From Candidatus Dojkabacteria bacterium (GTDB lineage: Bacteria; Patescibacteriota; Dojkabacteria; B142; JAFGMG01), in assembly GCA_016927655.1 (NCBI GenBank), contig JAFGMG010000005.1, positions 11,991 to 75,990 on the forward strand: a stretch of 64,000 nucleotides of DNA, given 5' to 3'. The number at the start of each line of letters is the position of its first letter. Positions within the stretch are counted from its first letter, which is position 1. Positions 50,139 to 58,147 of the stretch are shown piece after piece. Position numbers and translations under genes: made by a program. Below the pieces are notes generated by a model, which saw only the letters and a list, made by a program, of their open reading frames with translations, was not told where the DNA came from and did no database searches.

Positions 50139-50510
50139 ATGGGTGATGAATTGATGGCGCCTGAAGGACAGGAGTCATTGCGAACAAAATTAGTCAAACA
50201 CTATATGGATGAAGGATACACAATGCTTAGTGAAGATCAGAGGCCTGATCAAGTTAAAATGGCTTGCAATATAGTGCAAGCTTCTTTGTCGTTTAGATCG
50301 ATTCAAACAGTTAATACTGACTTTCAAAATAGGCTAACTGAATATGAATCAGTTGTTTTAGCTGGGCCGGTGAATAACCCGCAAAGTGGTTTTGTAGAGG
50401 TTGTGGGGGTCGATATATTGAATACGAAACAGTTGGAAGAAGCAAAAAAGAGGCTAGATGGAGCAAAGAATATGTTCGTGGTGGTGGATGTGTTGGTGAA
50501 GGATAGGTGA
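50139..50510 (+). CDS. Hypothetical protein (ORFan)
   Basis: ATG start and coding-like composition; no recognisable motif. Confidence 0.55.
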   Translation: MGDELMAPEGQESLRTKLVKHYMDEGYTMLSEDQRPDQVKMACNIVQASLSFRSIQTVNTDFQNRLTEYESVVLAGPVNNPQSGFVEVVGVDILNTKQLEEAKKRLDGAKNMFVVVDVLVKDR

Positions 50511-50532
50511 TTTGGCCGGTATTTCAATATTT

Positions 50533-50565
50533 GTCGTGTTGTTTTGTTCGTATAATCAAAAGATT
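50533..50565 (+). repeat. Imperfect 33-bp direct repeat, copy 1 (contains TATAAT)
   Basis: GTCGTGTTGTTTTGTTCGTATAATCAAAAGATT; 28/33 identical to 51213-51245. Confidence 0.75.
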
Positions 50566-50566
50566 G

Positions 50567-51115
50567 CTATACAAAAGTAGAATTTACCTCATAAATATAT
50601 TTTTCATCCCAATTTCTATAAAAACCTGAATTTTCATATAAATCGTCTAAAACTTTTCTTGCTTGTTCTTCCGTTATTTCTTCGTTTTCTATTTTAAATT
50701 GCATTGTTGGATGAGTTTTTAGCGAATGTCCGACTACAGTTTCAAGTCCTAATTGCTCAGCTATACTTAGCGCACTTCCCATCAGTCTCCTTCGAAAATC
50801 CGAGTTACTCAGATAGCGCCTGAGCCTTGCACTTAAATGATCTGGGGATTCTCCTGTTGGGGTTTGTGTTATTTCTAATACGGGTCCATTTATGTTGAAT
50901 CCCATGTGGGCAACGGCGACTTCTGATTCACCTCTTTTGTCGACTAGTTGGAGGCCGTATGTGCCGTCTATTGGCTCTCCTATGGATTTAGGCATATGCA
51001 TTCCTGGACAGAGTCGAATATTGTCTCTATATTCCTCATAGCCTCGGGCTAACCTTTCTAGTTCTTCGATATTTTGTATTGGTATGTATGTAAGGGCTTC
51101 TGGTTGTGCTAACAT
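50567..51115 (-). CDS. Hypothetical protein, possible GNAT-like fold
   Basis: RRLMGSALSIAEQLGLETV and LYENSGF resemble GNAT C-terminal motifs; start MLAQP at 51115. Confidence 0.45.
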   Translation of the reverse strand: MLAQPEALTYIPIQNIEELERLARGYEEYRDNIRLCPGMHMPKSIGEPIDGTYGLQLVDKRGESEVAVAHMGFNINGPVLEITQTPTGESPDHLSARLRRYLSNSDFRRRLMGSALSIAEQLGLETVVGHSLKTHPTMQFKIENEEITEEQARKVLDDLYENSGFYRNWDEKYIYEVNSTFV

Positions 51116-51212
51116 AGTTGTAAATCGCAAGAGAGGTATTATATCACTGTGATATCCATGATACAAGGCTGTTATTTATTGTTAGAGATGAGGTTTTTGT
51201 TTGTAAATTCCA

Positions 51213-51245
51213 GTGGTGTGGTTTTGTTGGTATAATCAGCAGATT
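51213..51245 (+). repeat. Imperfect 33-bp direct repeat, copy 2; probable promoter (TGGTATAAT) of the downstream operon
   Basis: GTGGTGTGGTTTTGTTGGTATAATCAGCAGATT. Confidence 0.75.
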
Positions 51246-51256
51246 AATACATATAA

Positions 51257-51349
51257 ATGTCCAAACAAGACTTCAAATCCACCCTTGAAAGGTTAGTTGC
51301 TACTTTTGAAAGGAATTATTTCACTTATAAGTCTATTCCAAAAATATAA
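51257..51349 (+). pseudogene. 30-codon remnant resembling the N-terminus of fused restriction-modification (type IIG-like) enzymes
   Basis: Hand translation MSKQDFKSTLERLVATFERNYFTYKSIPKI*; LV..F.RN...YKS pattern recalled from RM fusion N-termini. Confidence 0.4.
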
Positions 51350-51366
51350 ATTTTAAATACAAAGAT

Positions 51367-51738
51367 ATGGCAAATAAAAAATCTGAAAAAACTCTCGTAG
51401 AACTTGAAAGTAAGGCAATTGATTTTCGAGAACAAAGAGACTGGGAACAATTTCACAATCCTAAAAATATCGCTGGGTCAATAGCCATAGAAGCTTCTGA
51501 ACTGTTAGAAGTCTTTCAGTGGGCTGAAGGTAAGGACAGTAAAAAGTTAGCTAAGAAAAGACTTCAAGAGGTTAAAGATGAAATGGCTGATGTGTTGGTC
51601 TACCTAGTAACTTTGGCACATGACCTAAATATTGACTTGATAGAAGCTGCGATTGAGAAAATTGAAAAAAATGACAAAAAGTATCCCGTAGAAAAAGCAA
51701 AGGGTAAATCTACAAAATATACTGAACTTAAGCAATAA
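51367..51738 (+). CDS. MazG-like nucleotide pyrophosphohydrolase
   Basis: FREQRDWEQFHNPKN, EASELLE.FQW, DEMADV, KN.KKYP. Confidence 0.93.
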   Translation: MANKKSEKTLVELESKAIDFREQRDWEQFHNPKNIAGSIAIEASELLEVFQWAEGKDSKKLAKKRLQEVKDEMADVLVYLVTLAHDLNIDLIEAAIEKIEKNDKKYPVEKAKGKSTKYTELKQ

Positions 51739-51742
51739 TCTT

Positions 51743-53317
51743 ATGTACGAAATTAAGAAGTTCGATTATAAAAAAGGTAATTTTGATCTGATTAAGATTT
51801 ATAGGTATGGAGAAAATTGGCCAATAGTGTATATATTGGAAGACGGGAAAGAAGCATACGTTGGTGAAACGAATACAGCTTGCAGAAGAGCTACCCAGCA
51901 TTATGGAAATGAGGAAAGGGCAAAATTGAAATCGTTATATATTATTGCGGACGATGAATATAACAAATCTGCCACTTTAGATATTGAGTCATCCTTAATC
52001 CGTTATATGTCAGGAGATGGAAAATATCTCCTACAAAATGGCAATTCCGGAATCCAAGAATCCAACTACTATGATCGTGAGAGATATCAAGCAAAGTTTG
52101 AAACTATTTGGAAAGAGTTACAGAAGATTAATATTGTAAAAAATGATTTGTTGCAGATTGAGAATAGCGATCTTTTTAAATATTCTCCTTACAAGGCACT
52201 AACGGAGGATCAGTTAGCTGTGGTGGGAGAGATAATGCGTAGTATTGAGAATGGGGAGAAAATCCCGCATTTAGTATCTGGGGAGCCTGGAACTGGGAAA
52301 ACAATTGTTGCAACATATTTAGTTAAAGCATTAACTATGAAAGAATGGTCAAAGGATATGGAAGTAGGACTTGTCATACCAATGACATCTTTAAGAAGGA
52401 CTTTGAAAAGGGTGTTCAGAAACGTGAAAGGATTATATCCAGGTATGGTAATAGGTCCATACGATGTGATAAAGAAGAAATATGACATTTTAGTCGTTGA
52501 CGAAGCTCATAGATTGCAAAGAAGGCTTAATCTTACAAACTACCCAGATTTTGATAAGGTATCTGCTTCACTTGGTTTAGATAAAGAAGAGACCAACCAA
52601 CTAGATTGGGTATTAAAGTCTTCTAAATACCAAATATTTTTTTATGACAGATATCAGGCAGTAAAGCCAGCAGATATAAGATACGATGTTATAGAGGATA
52701 TCACGTTCAAGATCCACGAATTAGTCTCTCAGATGAGAATTAGTGGTGGCGAAAAGTATATTGAATACGTGAGGGATATATTTAATTGTAAGAAACCACA
52801 TCCAAATAAATTCTATACGTATGAATTTAAACTTTTTGATAAAGTAAAGGATTTGGTTGCTGCGATAAAACTAAAAGATCGAGAGCATGGATTATCTAGA
52901 ATTCTTGCAGGATATGCCTGGGAATGGAAAACTAAGGGAAATAATTCTATTGATTACGATATTGAGATTGATGAGGTAAGACTTAAATGGAATAGCGTCA
53001 CACAAGATTGGGTTAATTCGCCAAATGCAATAAATGAGGTCGGTTGCATCCATACCATTCAAGGTTATGATCTTAATTATGCTGGTGTCATAATAGGTCC
53101 AGAACTATCCTACGATAAGGATAAAAACAATATAATTGTTGATAAAAGTAAATATTTAGATTTCAATGGAAAGAGAGCAATCTCGGATCCTGCTGAGTTA
53201 GAGGCTTACATCAAAAATATATATAAAACGCTATTAACTCGGGGTATAAAGGGGACCTATGTCTATATTGTTGACGAAAACTTACGGGAGTATATGCGGG
53301 AATACTTTTATGATTAG
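51743..53317 (+). CDS. DUF2075 (Schlafen group-3-like) helicase with N-terminal GIY-YIG nuclease
   Basis: WPIVYIL...AYVGET...R..QH...E...N; Walker A GEPGTGKT; VVDEAH; SQMR; AGYAWEW; GCIHTIQGYDL; LLTRG. Confidence 0.9.
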   Translation: MYEIKKFDYKKGNFDLIKIYRYGENWPIVYILEDGKEAYVGETNTACRRATQHYGNEERAKLKSLYIIADDEYNKSATLDIESSLIRYMSGDGKYLLQNGNSGIQESNYYDRERYQAKFETIWKELQKINIVKNDLLQIENSDLFKYSPYKALTEDQLAVVGEIMRSIENGEKIPHLVSGEPGTGKTIVATYLVKALTMKEWSKDMEVGLVIPMTSLRRTLKRVFRNVKGLYPGMVIGPYDVIKKKYDILVVDEAHRLQRRLNLTNYPDFDKVSASLGLDKEETNQLDWVLKSSKYQIFFYDRYQAVKPADIRYDVIEDITFKIHELVSQMRISGGEKYIEYVRDIFNCKKPHPNKFYTYEFKLFDKVKDLVAAIKLKDREHGLSRILAGYAWEWKTKGNNSIDYDIEIDEVRLKWNSVTQDWVNSPNAINEVGCIHTIQGYDLNYAGVIIGPELSYDKDKNNIIVDKSKYLDFNGKRAISDPAELEAYIKNIYKTLLTRGIKGTYVYIVDENLREYMREYFYD

Positions 53318-53343
53318 ATTTAACTAATTAGGACAAAAGACAA

Positions 53344-53625
53344 GTGAAGTGGATATATAAGATTACTTTCCCAAATGGCAAAATATATATTGGCAAGGAT
53401 TTAACAGGTACTTTTAGATATTTTGGGAGTTGGGATAGTGAACTTGTTAAAAACGATCATCTAAATGAGGGTATAAATGTATTTGTAATAAACCGTGAAA
53501 TATTATGGCAATCGGATATTGCTTCTGATGAAGAAGTTAATTTTAAAGAGGTTGAATTTATTCGGAAATATAAGTCAAATGATCCCTCTATTGGATATAA
53601 TAAATGGCCCAAGTTTAAAAGTTGA
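53344..53625 (+). CDS. Stand-alone GIY-YIG nuclease
   Basis: WIYKITFPNGKIYIGKD, YFGS, E..FI, GYN. Confidence 0.85.
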   Translation: MKWIYKITFPNGKIYIGKDLTGTFRYFGSWDSELVKNDHLNEGINVFVINREILWQSDIASDEEVNFKEVEFIRKYKSNDPSIGYNKWPKFKS

Positions 53626-53972
53626 TAGATATAGATCTCGACACTATAGTCTGCCCTGCTAGAGCTGATGGATTCAAAATGGCGTTCGAAGGCCAGAAGG
53701 CTTGGTGGGCGGTGAGAATATCAGCAAGTATGCTCTCTCAGCTCAAATACATCGCCATGTACGAAATAAGCCCGATAAGTGCAATTCGCTGGGCAGGCAA
53801 AATCCAGTCAATCAAACCATACGAAGATACAGGAAAGTACAAGATTTACCTGTCTGAGATATTCAAAATTGGACCAGTTAAAATAAAGAGTCCAAAGAAT
53901 GCTCCTTAAGGAAGCAGATACACAAACTTTCACCTGTTGGAACGTAGCAAAGCGCTTGAGGAAATTTTTTAG
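53622..53972 (+). pseudogene. PUA/EVE-like domain gene interrupted by an in-frame TAA (53907-53909)
   Basis: DTIVCPARADGF...WWAVRI...KYIAMYE..PISAI; the frame continues past TAA as GSRYTNFHLLERSKALEEIF to TAG 53972, matching a remembered APQ.PRYT...AKTL.E.F family C-terminus. Confidence 0.65.
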
Positions 53973-55744
53973 CTATTCGTCTCAAGCAGTTCTTCTTTGA
54001 ATTTATCGTAGAATTCTTCGACTTTCATGACTCCCATATCTTCGCCGGAGCGCGGGCGCACGGAGATTACCTGGCTGGCTTCTTCCTGCTTGCCAAGCAC
54101 TACCATATATGGAATTTCATTTAGTTGTGCTTGGCGGATTTTATTTTGCAGGGACTCGTCTTTCATATCAATTCTTGCGCGGATGCCTAGATCTTCAAGT
54201 TCTTTCAGGATCTTTGCAGCGTAGCCGTTAAATTCATCAGAAATCGGCAAAATTATCGTTTGTGTCGGTGCAAGCCAGAGTGGCAGTGCTCCTGAATAGT
54301 TCTCAAGTATGAGCGCGATAAACCTCTCAAGCGAGCCGATCAGTGAATGATGAATAAGAACAGGTGTTTGATCGTTTGATTTTTGGTCGCTGTAGGTAAT
54401 TTTGCACCTGCCGGGAGTAACCATGTCAGCGTGAATAGTTGATAACTGCCAGTCTTTGCCAAATATATCTTTTATCTGGAAGTCAATCTTCGGCCCATAG
54501 AAATCAGCTTCTCCGACTGCCTCTCTTGCAACCATTTTTGATTCCTCCAGAGATTTCACAAGTATCCGCTCTGCCCTTTCCCAAGTGTCTTCGCTGCCCA
54601 GATAGTCGCTCATTTTCGTTTTATCTCTTCTGGAGAATTGAAGTCTGTATTCTCTGAGTCCGAAGCTTCTTAGAACTTTTGTTGTGAAATTTAGTAATTT
54701 TAGTACTTCTTCTACAGCGTCCTCTTCTGTTGTAAATATATGGGCTGCATCCTGGGTAAATTCTCTCGTTCTCACCATCCCATCAAGCTTTTTGGTCTCT
54801 TCTTCCCGGTAAATTCTTGCAAATTCGAAAAATTTCAAAGGAAGATTTCTATAACCTCTTCTTTTTGTCCGGAAAACCTCAATGTGACTGGGCGTCGCCA
54901 TGGGCCTAAGCATATAAAGATCCTTGCCAATTGGAAATGGTCTGATATCTTGATCCTGATAAAATTCAAAATGTCCTGTCTGCTTAAATAGCTCAACTTT
55001 TGCAATATTCGGCGTCCAGACTTCGGCAAAACCTTCTTTTTCTCTAAGTTTTCTAATGTGGCTCATTATCAGCCTTTTTATTTTTGTCCCCTCTTCAAGC
55101 CAGATTGGAAGTCCTGGTCCAGTAAGCTCCTGAAAAGCAAAAAGATCCCTTTTGGGACCTATTACTCTGTGTTCTTTTTCCTGTTTTACTACTTCTTCTT
55201 TGAAAAACTCTTTTAATTCTTCCTCAGTTTTAAATGCAACGCCGTTAAATTTATAAAGGATCGGCCTGTCTTTATCATCTTTCCAGTGAACTCTTTCCAT
55301 ACTTGTGAGGCGGAACGCTCCAAGCCTTCCGGTGTGAGCGACATGTGGCCCGCGGCATAAGTCGATAAATTCTTCCCCGGTTTTGAAAAAACTGATCTCC
55401 TCGTCTGGAATTTCCTGCAGCAGTTCTGTCTTGTAAATCTGCCCTTGCTGATGAAGCATATCAAATGCTGCGTCTCTTGGTATTAGTACCTGGGTGATTG
55501 GAAACTCTTCTTCGATGATTTCTTTCATTTCTTTCTCGAGTTTTGGAAGAATTTCTTCTTCTTTGAGCTGATCTGCAATTTCAAGTTCGTAATAAAAGCC
55601 GTTATCAACTGCGGGGCCGATGCCGAGCTTTGCATCAGGGTAAAGCCTGAGTACAGCTTGCGCCAGGACATGCGCGAAACTGTGGCGCATTTTCTCCAGC
55701 TCATTGCTCTCATCAATATTTTGATCGTAGTCGTTGTCTGTCAT
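53969..55744 (-). CDS. thrS: Threonine--tRNA ligase-like protein with degenerate synthetic active site
   Basis: HSFAH, GFYY, DLCRGPH, FYGPKIDF, GSLERF, LPLWLAP and anticodon domain present; PMNCP changed to PMATP and QDDAH to QDAAH; start MTDND at 55744. Confidence 0.85.
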   Translation of the reverse strand: MTDNDYDQNIDESNELEKMRHSFAHVLAQAVLRLYPDAKLGIGPAVDNGFYYELEIADQLKEEEILPKLEKEMKEIIEEEFPITQVLIPRDAAFDMLHQQGQIYKTELLQEIPDEEISFFKTGEEFIDLCRGPHVAHTGRLGAFRLTSMERVHWKDDKDRPILYKFNGVAFKTEEELKEFFKEEVVKQEKEHRVIGPKRDLFAFQELTGPGLPIWLEEGTKIKRLIMSHIRKLREKEGFAEVWTPNIAKVELFKQTGHFEFYQDQDIRPFPIGKDLYMLRPMATPSHIEVFRTKRRGYRNLPLKFFEFARIYREEETKKLDGMVRTREFTQDAAHIFTTEEDAVEEVLKLLNFTTKVLRSFGLREYRLQFSRRDKTKMSDYLGSEDTWERAERILVKSLEESKMVAREAVGEADFYGPKIDFQIKDIFGKDWQLSTIHADMVTPGRCKITYSDQKSNDQTPVLIHHSLIGSLERFIALILENYSGALPLWLAPTQTIILPISDEFNGYAAKILKELEDLGIRARIDMKDESLQNKIRQAQLNEIPYMVVLGKQEEASQVISVRPRSGEDMGVMKVEEFYDKFKEELLETNS

Positions 55745-56099
55745 TGCGGGTGCATTATACATGAATTTGAAAAAGAGTGGATGTGGCAGCAGAGGGTCAG
55801 GTAGTTGTGTAAATGGAGGTGTGCGGGGGTATATTTGAAAAAGCCGTGACGTACTAAGTGGCACAATTGTAAAAATTAGAAATAACGGTTTTGGCAATCC
55901 TTGTTGGGCGATATTATCCAGGGGCTTATAATACAAGACATGAGAAAGTGACAGAAAGTAAGTCAGTGATCTTTAGGAACAGGTATCCAGGAAATCGGAA
56001 ATGTTTCATAGAGGGGTTGAACCTGCCGTGTTTCACAGACCTAGGGCCTTTACGCGTGAGTTCCACGCCTTTGCCTAGTTCCGTTGTTATTTACAAAAG

Positions 56100-56172
56100 T
56101 GGGCGGTACAAGATTCGAACTTGTGACCACTCGCACGTCAAGCGAGTGCTCTACCAACTGAGCTAACCGCCC
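56100..56172 (-). tRNA. tRNA-Val(GAC)
   Basis: GGGCGGT acceptor stem, AGCTCAGTTGGTAGAGC D-arm, CTCGC-TTGACGT-GCGAG, GTTCGAATC; CCA not encoded. Confidence 0.96.
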
Positions 56173-56188
56173 CGCGGGAAAACAATTT

Positions 56189-56791
56189 TTAACGAACCAA
56201 ATTCTTTCCCTTCCCTCTTACGATTTCGTCAACTATTCCGTATTTTACCGCTTCTTCGGCTGTCATAAAATAGTCACGGTCAAAGTCTTTTAGTACCTGA
56301 GTTTTTGTCTTTCCAGTTTGTTTCGCCAGATTCGCAGCAAGCATGTCTTTCAATCTCAAAATCTCTTTTGCGGTTATTTCAATGTCACTCGCCTGCCCCT
56401 CTGCTCCGCCTAGCGGCTGATGAATGTGAATAGTGGCATTTGGCAGGGCGTATCTCTTGCCCTTTGCTCCATTTGAAAGAATCATCGTTCCCATTGAAGC
56501 GGAGCTTCCAACCGCAATAGTTACCACATCAGGCTTCACAAGGTGCATCGTATCAATAATTGCCAAACCTGCATATACGGAGCCGCCGGGGCTCTGAATG
56601 TACATTTTTATATCAGTATCCGGGTTATTTTTTTCGAGAAATAAAAGCTGCGCCACGATTGCGTTTGCAACTTCGGCACTTATTCCAGTTCCAAGAAAAA
56701 TTATTCTTTCTTTTAGAAGTCTGGAATATATATCATATGCTCTCTCCCCGTCGCGAGTTTTCTCAATAATTGTCGGTACTAGATAGCTCAT
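56189..56791 (-). CDS. clpP: ATP-dependent Clp protease proteolytic subunit
   Basis: [19 protein letters not shown], catalytic ASMG, HQPLGG, RDYFM. Confidence 0.97.
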   Translation of the reverse strand: MSYLVPTIIEKTRDGERAYDIYSRLLKERIIFLGTGISAEVANAIVAQLLFLEKNNPDTDIKMYIQSPGGSVYAGLAIIDTMHLVKPDVVTIAVGSSASMGTMILSNGAKGKRYALPNATIHIHQPLGGAEGQASDIEITAKEILRLKDMLAANLAKQTGKTKTQVLKDFDRDYFMTAEEAVKYGIVDEIVRGKGKNLVR

Positions 56792-56840
56792 AGTCGAGTT
56801 GATAACTAATTACTTGGCTGATTATACCAAAAATGGAAGG

Positions 56841-56874
56841 AAAATGGCTTTGGAACGATTTCCAAAGCCATTTT
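56841..56874. terminator. Intrinsic terminator hairpin
   Basis: AAAATGGCTTTGGAA-CGAT-TTCCAAAGCCATTTT perfect stem. Confidence 0.8.
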
Positions 56875-56892
56875 AAAAATTATGTTCCTCTA

Positions 56893-57234
56893 TTATTTCT
56901 TTTTCCCAACAAGGAAATACAAGAGTAGTCCAATCAGCCCAAAAAAGAAAGTCAAAAGGGCCCATAACGTAGGATTGTCAGTTCCTGATTTCTGTGCGTC
57001 TTTATATACGAAAAACGCAAGAGCAACAGGAATAATCAAGGCACAAGCCATGATACAGCACCACATTACCAAGCCGATACCTGAAAAAACACCAGAGCTA
57101 TCGGTAGTATCTGTTGAATACTCCCAGTCCCAATCATAATCAGATTGTGCGTATGCTGGTGTTGCAAGAGCCAAAGAGAAAACAGGCATCGCTATTAGAG
57201 CGACACACGCTAGTATTGCAAATAACTTTTTCAC
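56893..57234 (-). CDS. Small exported membrane protein (PLDc_N-like hairpin)
   Basis: Signal peptide (AYA), TM helices, VYKDA...LWALL..FFG.IGLLLYF; strong SD GAAAGGAGGTGA before GTG. Confidence 0.75.
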   Translation of the reverse strand: MKKLFAILACVALIAMPVFSLALATPAYAQSDYDWDWEYSTDTTDSSGVFSGIGLVMWCCIMACALIIPVALAFFVYKDAQKSGTDNPTLWALLTFFFGLIGLLLYFLVGKKK

Positions 57235-57280
57235 TTTAGTTCACCTCCTTTCCTTTGTATTTCACCTATTGTAATACAAA

Positions 57281-57414
57281 AATAGAAACAAAAACACCCC
57301 TTGCGGGATGTTTTTGCTTGCACTTTTAACTATTTTTACTGCCTTTTGCTTTTGTACGAAGCTAACGTGGTTAACTTCAAAAACAATATATCAGATATTT
57401 TAAACCTGTGTCAA
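57281..57414 (-). promoter_or_regulatory. Promoter plus structured leader with intrinsic terminator (attenuator or sRNA candidate)
   Basis: TTGACA (57409-14)-18-TATATT (57385-90); GAAGTTAAC-CAC-GTTAGCTTC hairpin; CAAAAACATCCC-GCAA-GGGGTGTTTTTG followed by TTTCTATTTTT. Confidence 0.55.
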
Positions 57415-57565
57415 GGGAAATGAGGGAAAAAATGCCTTACAAGGTTAAAAATAGAGCGCCTGAGAAATCCTTCCTGATAGGCAAATTCAGAGCATAGGAA
57501 AATTATTGTTAACAAATAAATAAAGAAAAAGAATTTTTGTATAAAAAAATTAGAACAGGGTTATT

Positions 57566-58147
57566 TTACTCTAGAATAAAGTTGAACGAATCTCCCGTTT
57601 GGACGTTATTAGTAGCAAACCAGCCGCTGTTCATTTCTATGGCATATTTCGCAGGTGATTCGGACTTGTATCTCAGGCTTGTATCAAGGGGTTTCGCATT
57701 TTCCTCAATATTAATTATTTTTTGGTTGCCGTCAAGGAATGCAATATCAAGTGAAATATATGTATCTTTCATCCAGAATTCAAGCATCTGCTCATTTTCG
57801 AATACAAAAAGCATGCCATTATCCGAAGCGAGTAAGCTGCGGTTCATGAGACCAGTACTTCGTTCCTGCGGGGTTCTAGCAATCTCAAGCTTTAGATGCT
57901 TAATCCCATCTGTAGTTTGGACGGTTGCCTGTATTGTTTCAAGATTTTGGCTGTATTGTTCTACCCTGCTGCTTTGATTTGAGGCAATACCAAGTTGATC
58001 CCATAGATTATTGTTGCCAAGAAGTGAGATCAGCGAGCAAAGGCTGAGAATAATTACAAGAGGAACCGCAGCAATCAGCCAGTTATTTTGAAGAAAATCA
58101 CTGATTTGCTTAGAAACCTGTTCTTTTGAAATTCTTTTCGAGTTCAT
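57566..58147 (-). CDS. DUF192-domain protein with N-terminal TM
   Basis: EIARTPQER..GLM.R, GMLFVF, FWMKDT, LDIAF, YAIEMNSG. Confidence 0.9.
   Translation of the reverse strand: MNSKRISKEQVSKQISDFLQNNWLIAAVPLVIILSLCSLISLLGNNNLWDQLGIASNQSSRVEQYSQNLETIQATVQTTDGIKHLKLEIARTPQERSTGLMNRSLLASDNGMLFVFENEQMLEFWMKDTYISLDIAFLDGNQKIINIEENAKPLDTSLRYKSESPAKYAIEMNSGWFATNNVQTGDSFNFILE

Noticed and set aside
53907-53909. Alternative genetic code or stop-codon reassignment
   Set aside because: TAA, TAG and TGA all terminate conserved genes normally in this window; a point mutation is simpler
55745-55936. N-terminal extension of ThrRS given in the ORF track, or a T-box leader
   Set aside because: TGTATAAT lies just before the ATG at 55744 and the extension is not protein-like; no T-box motif seen
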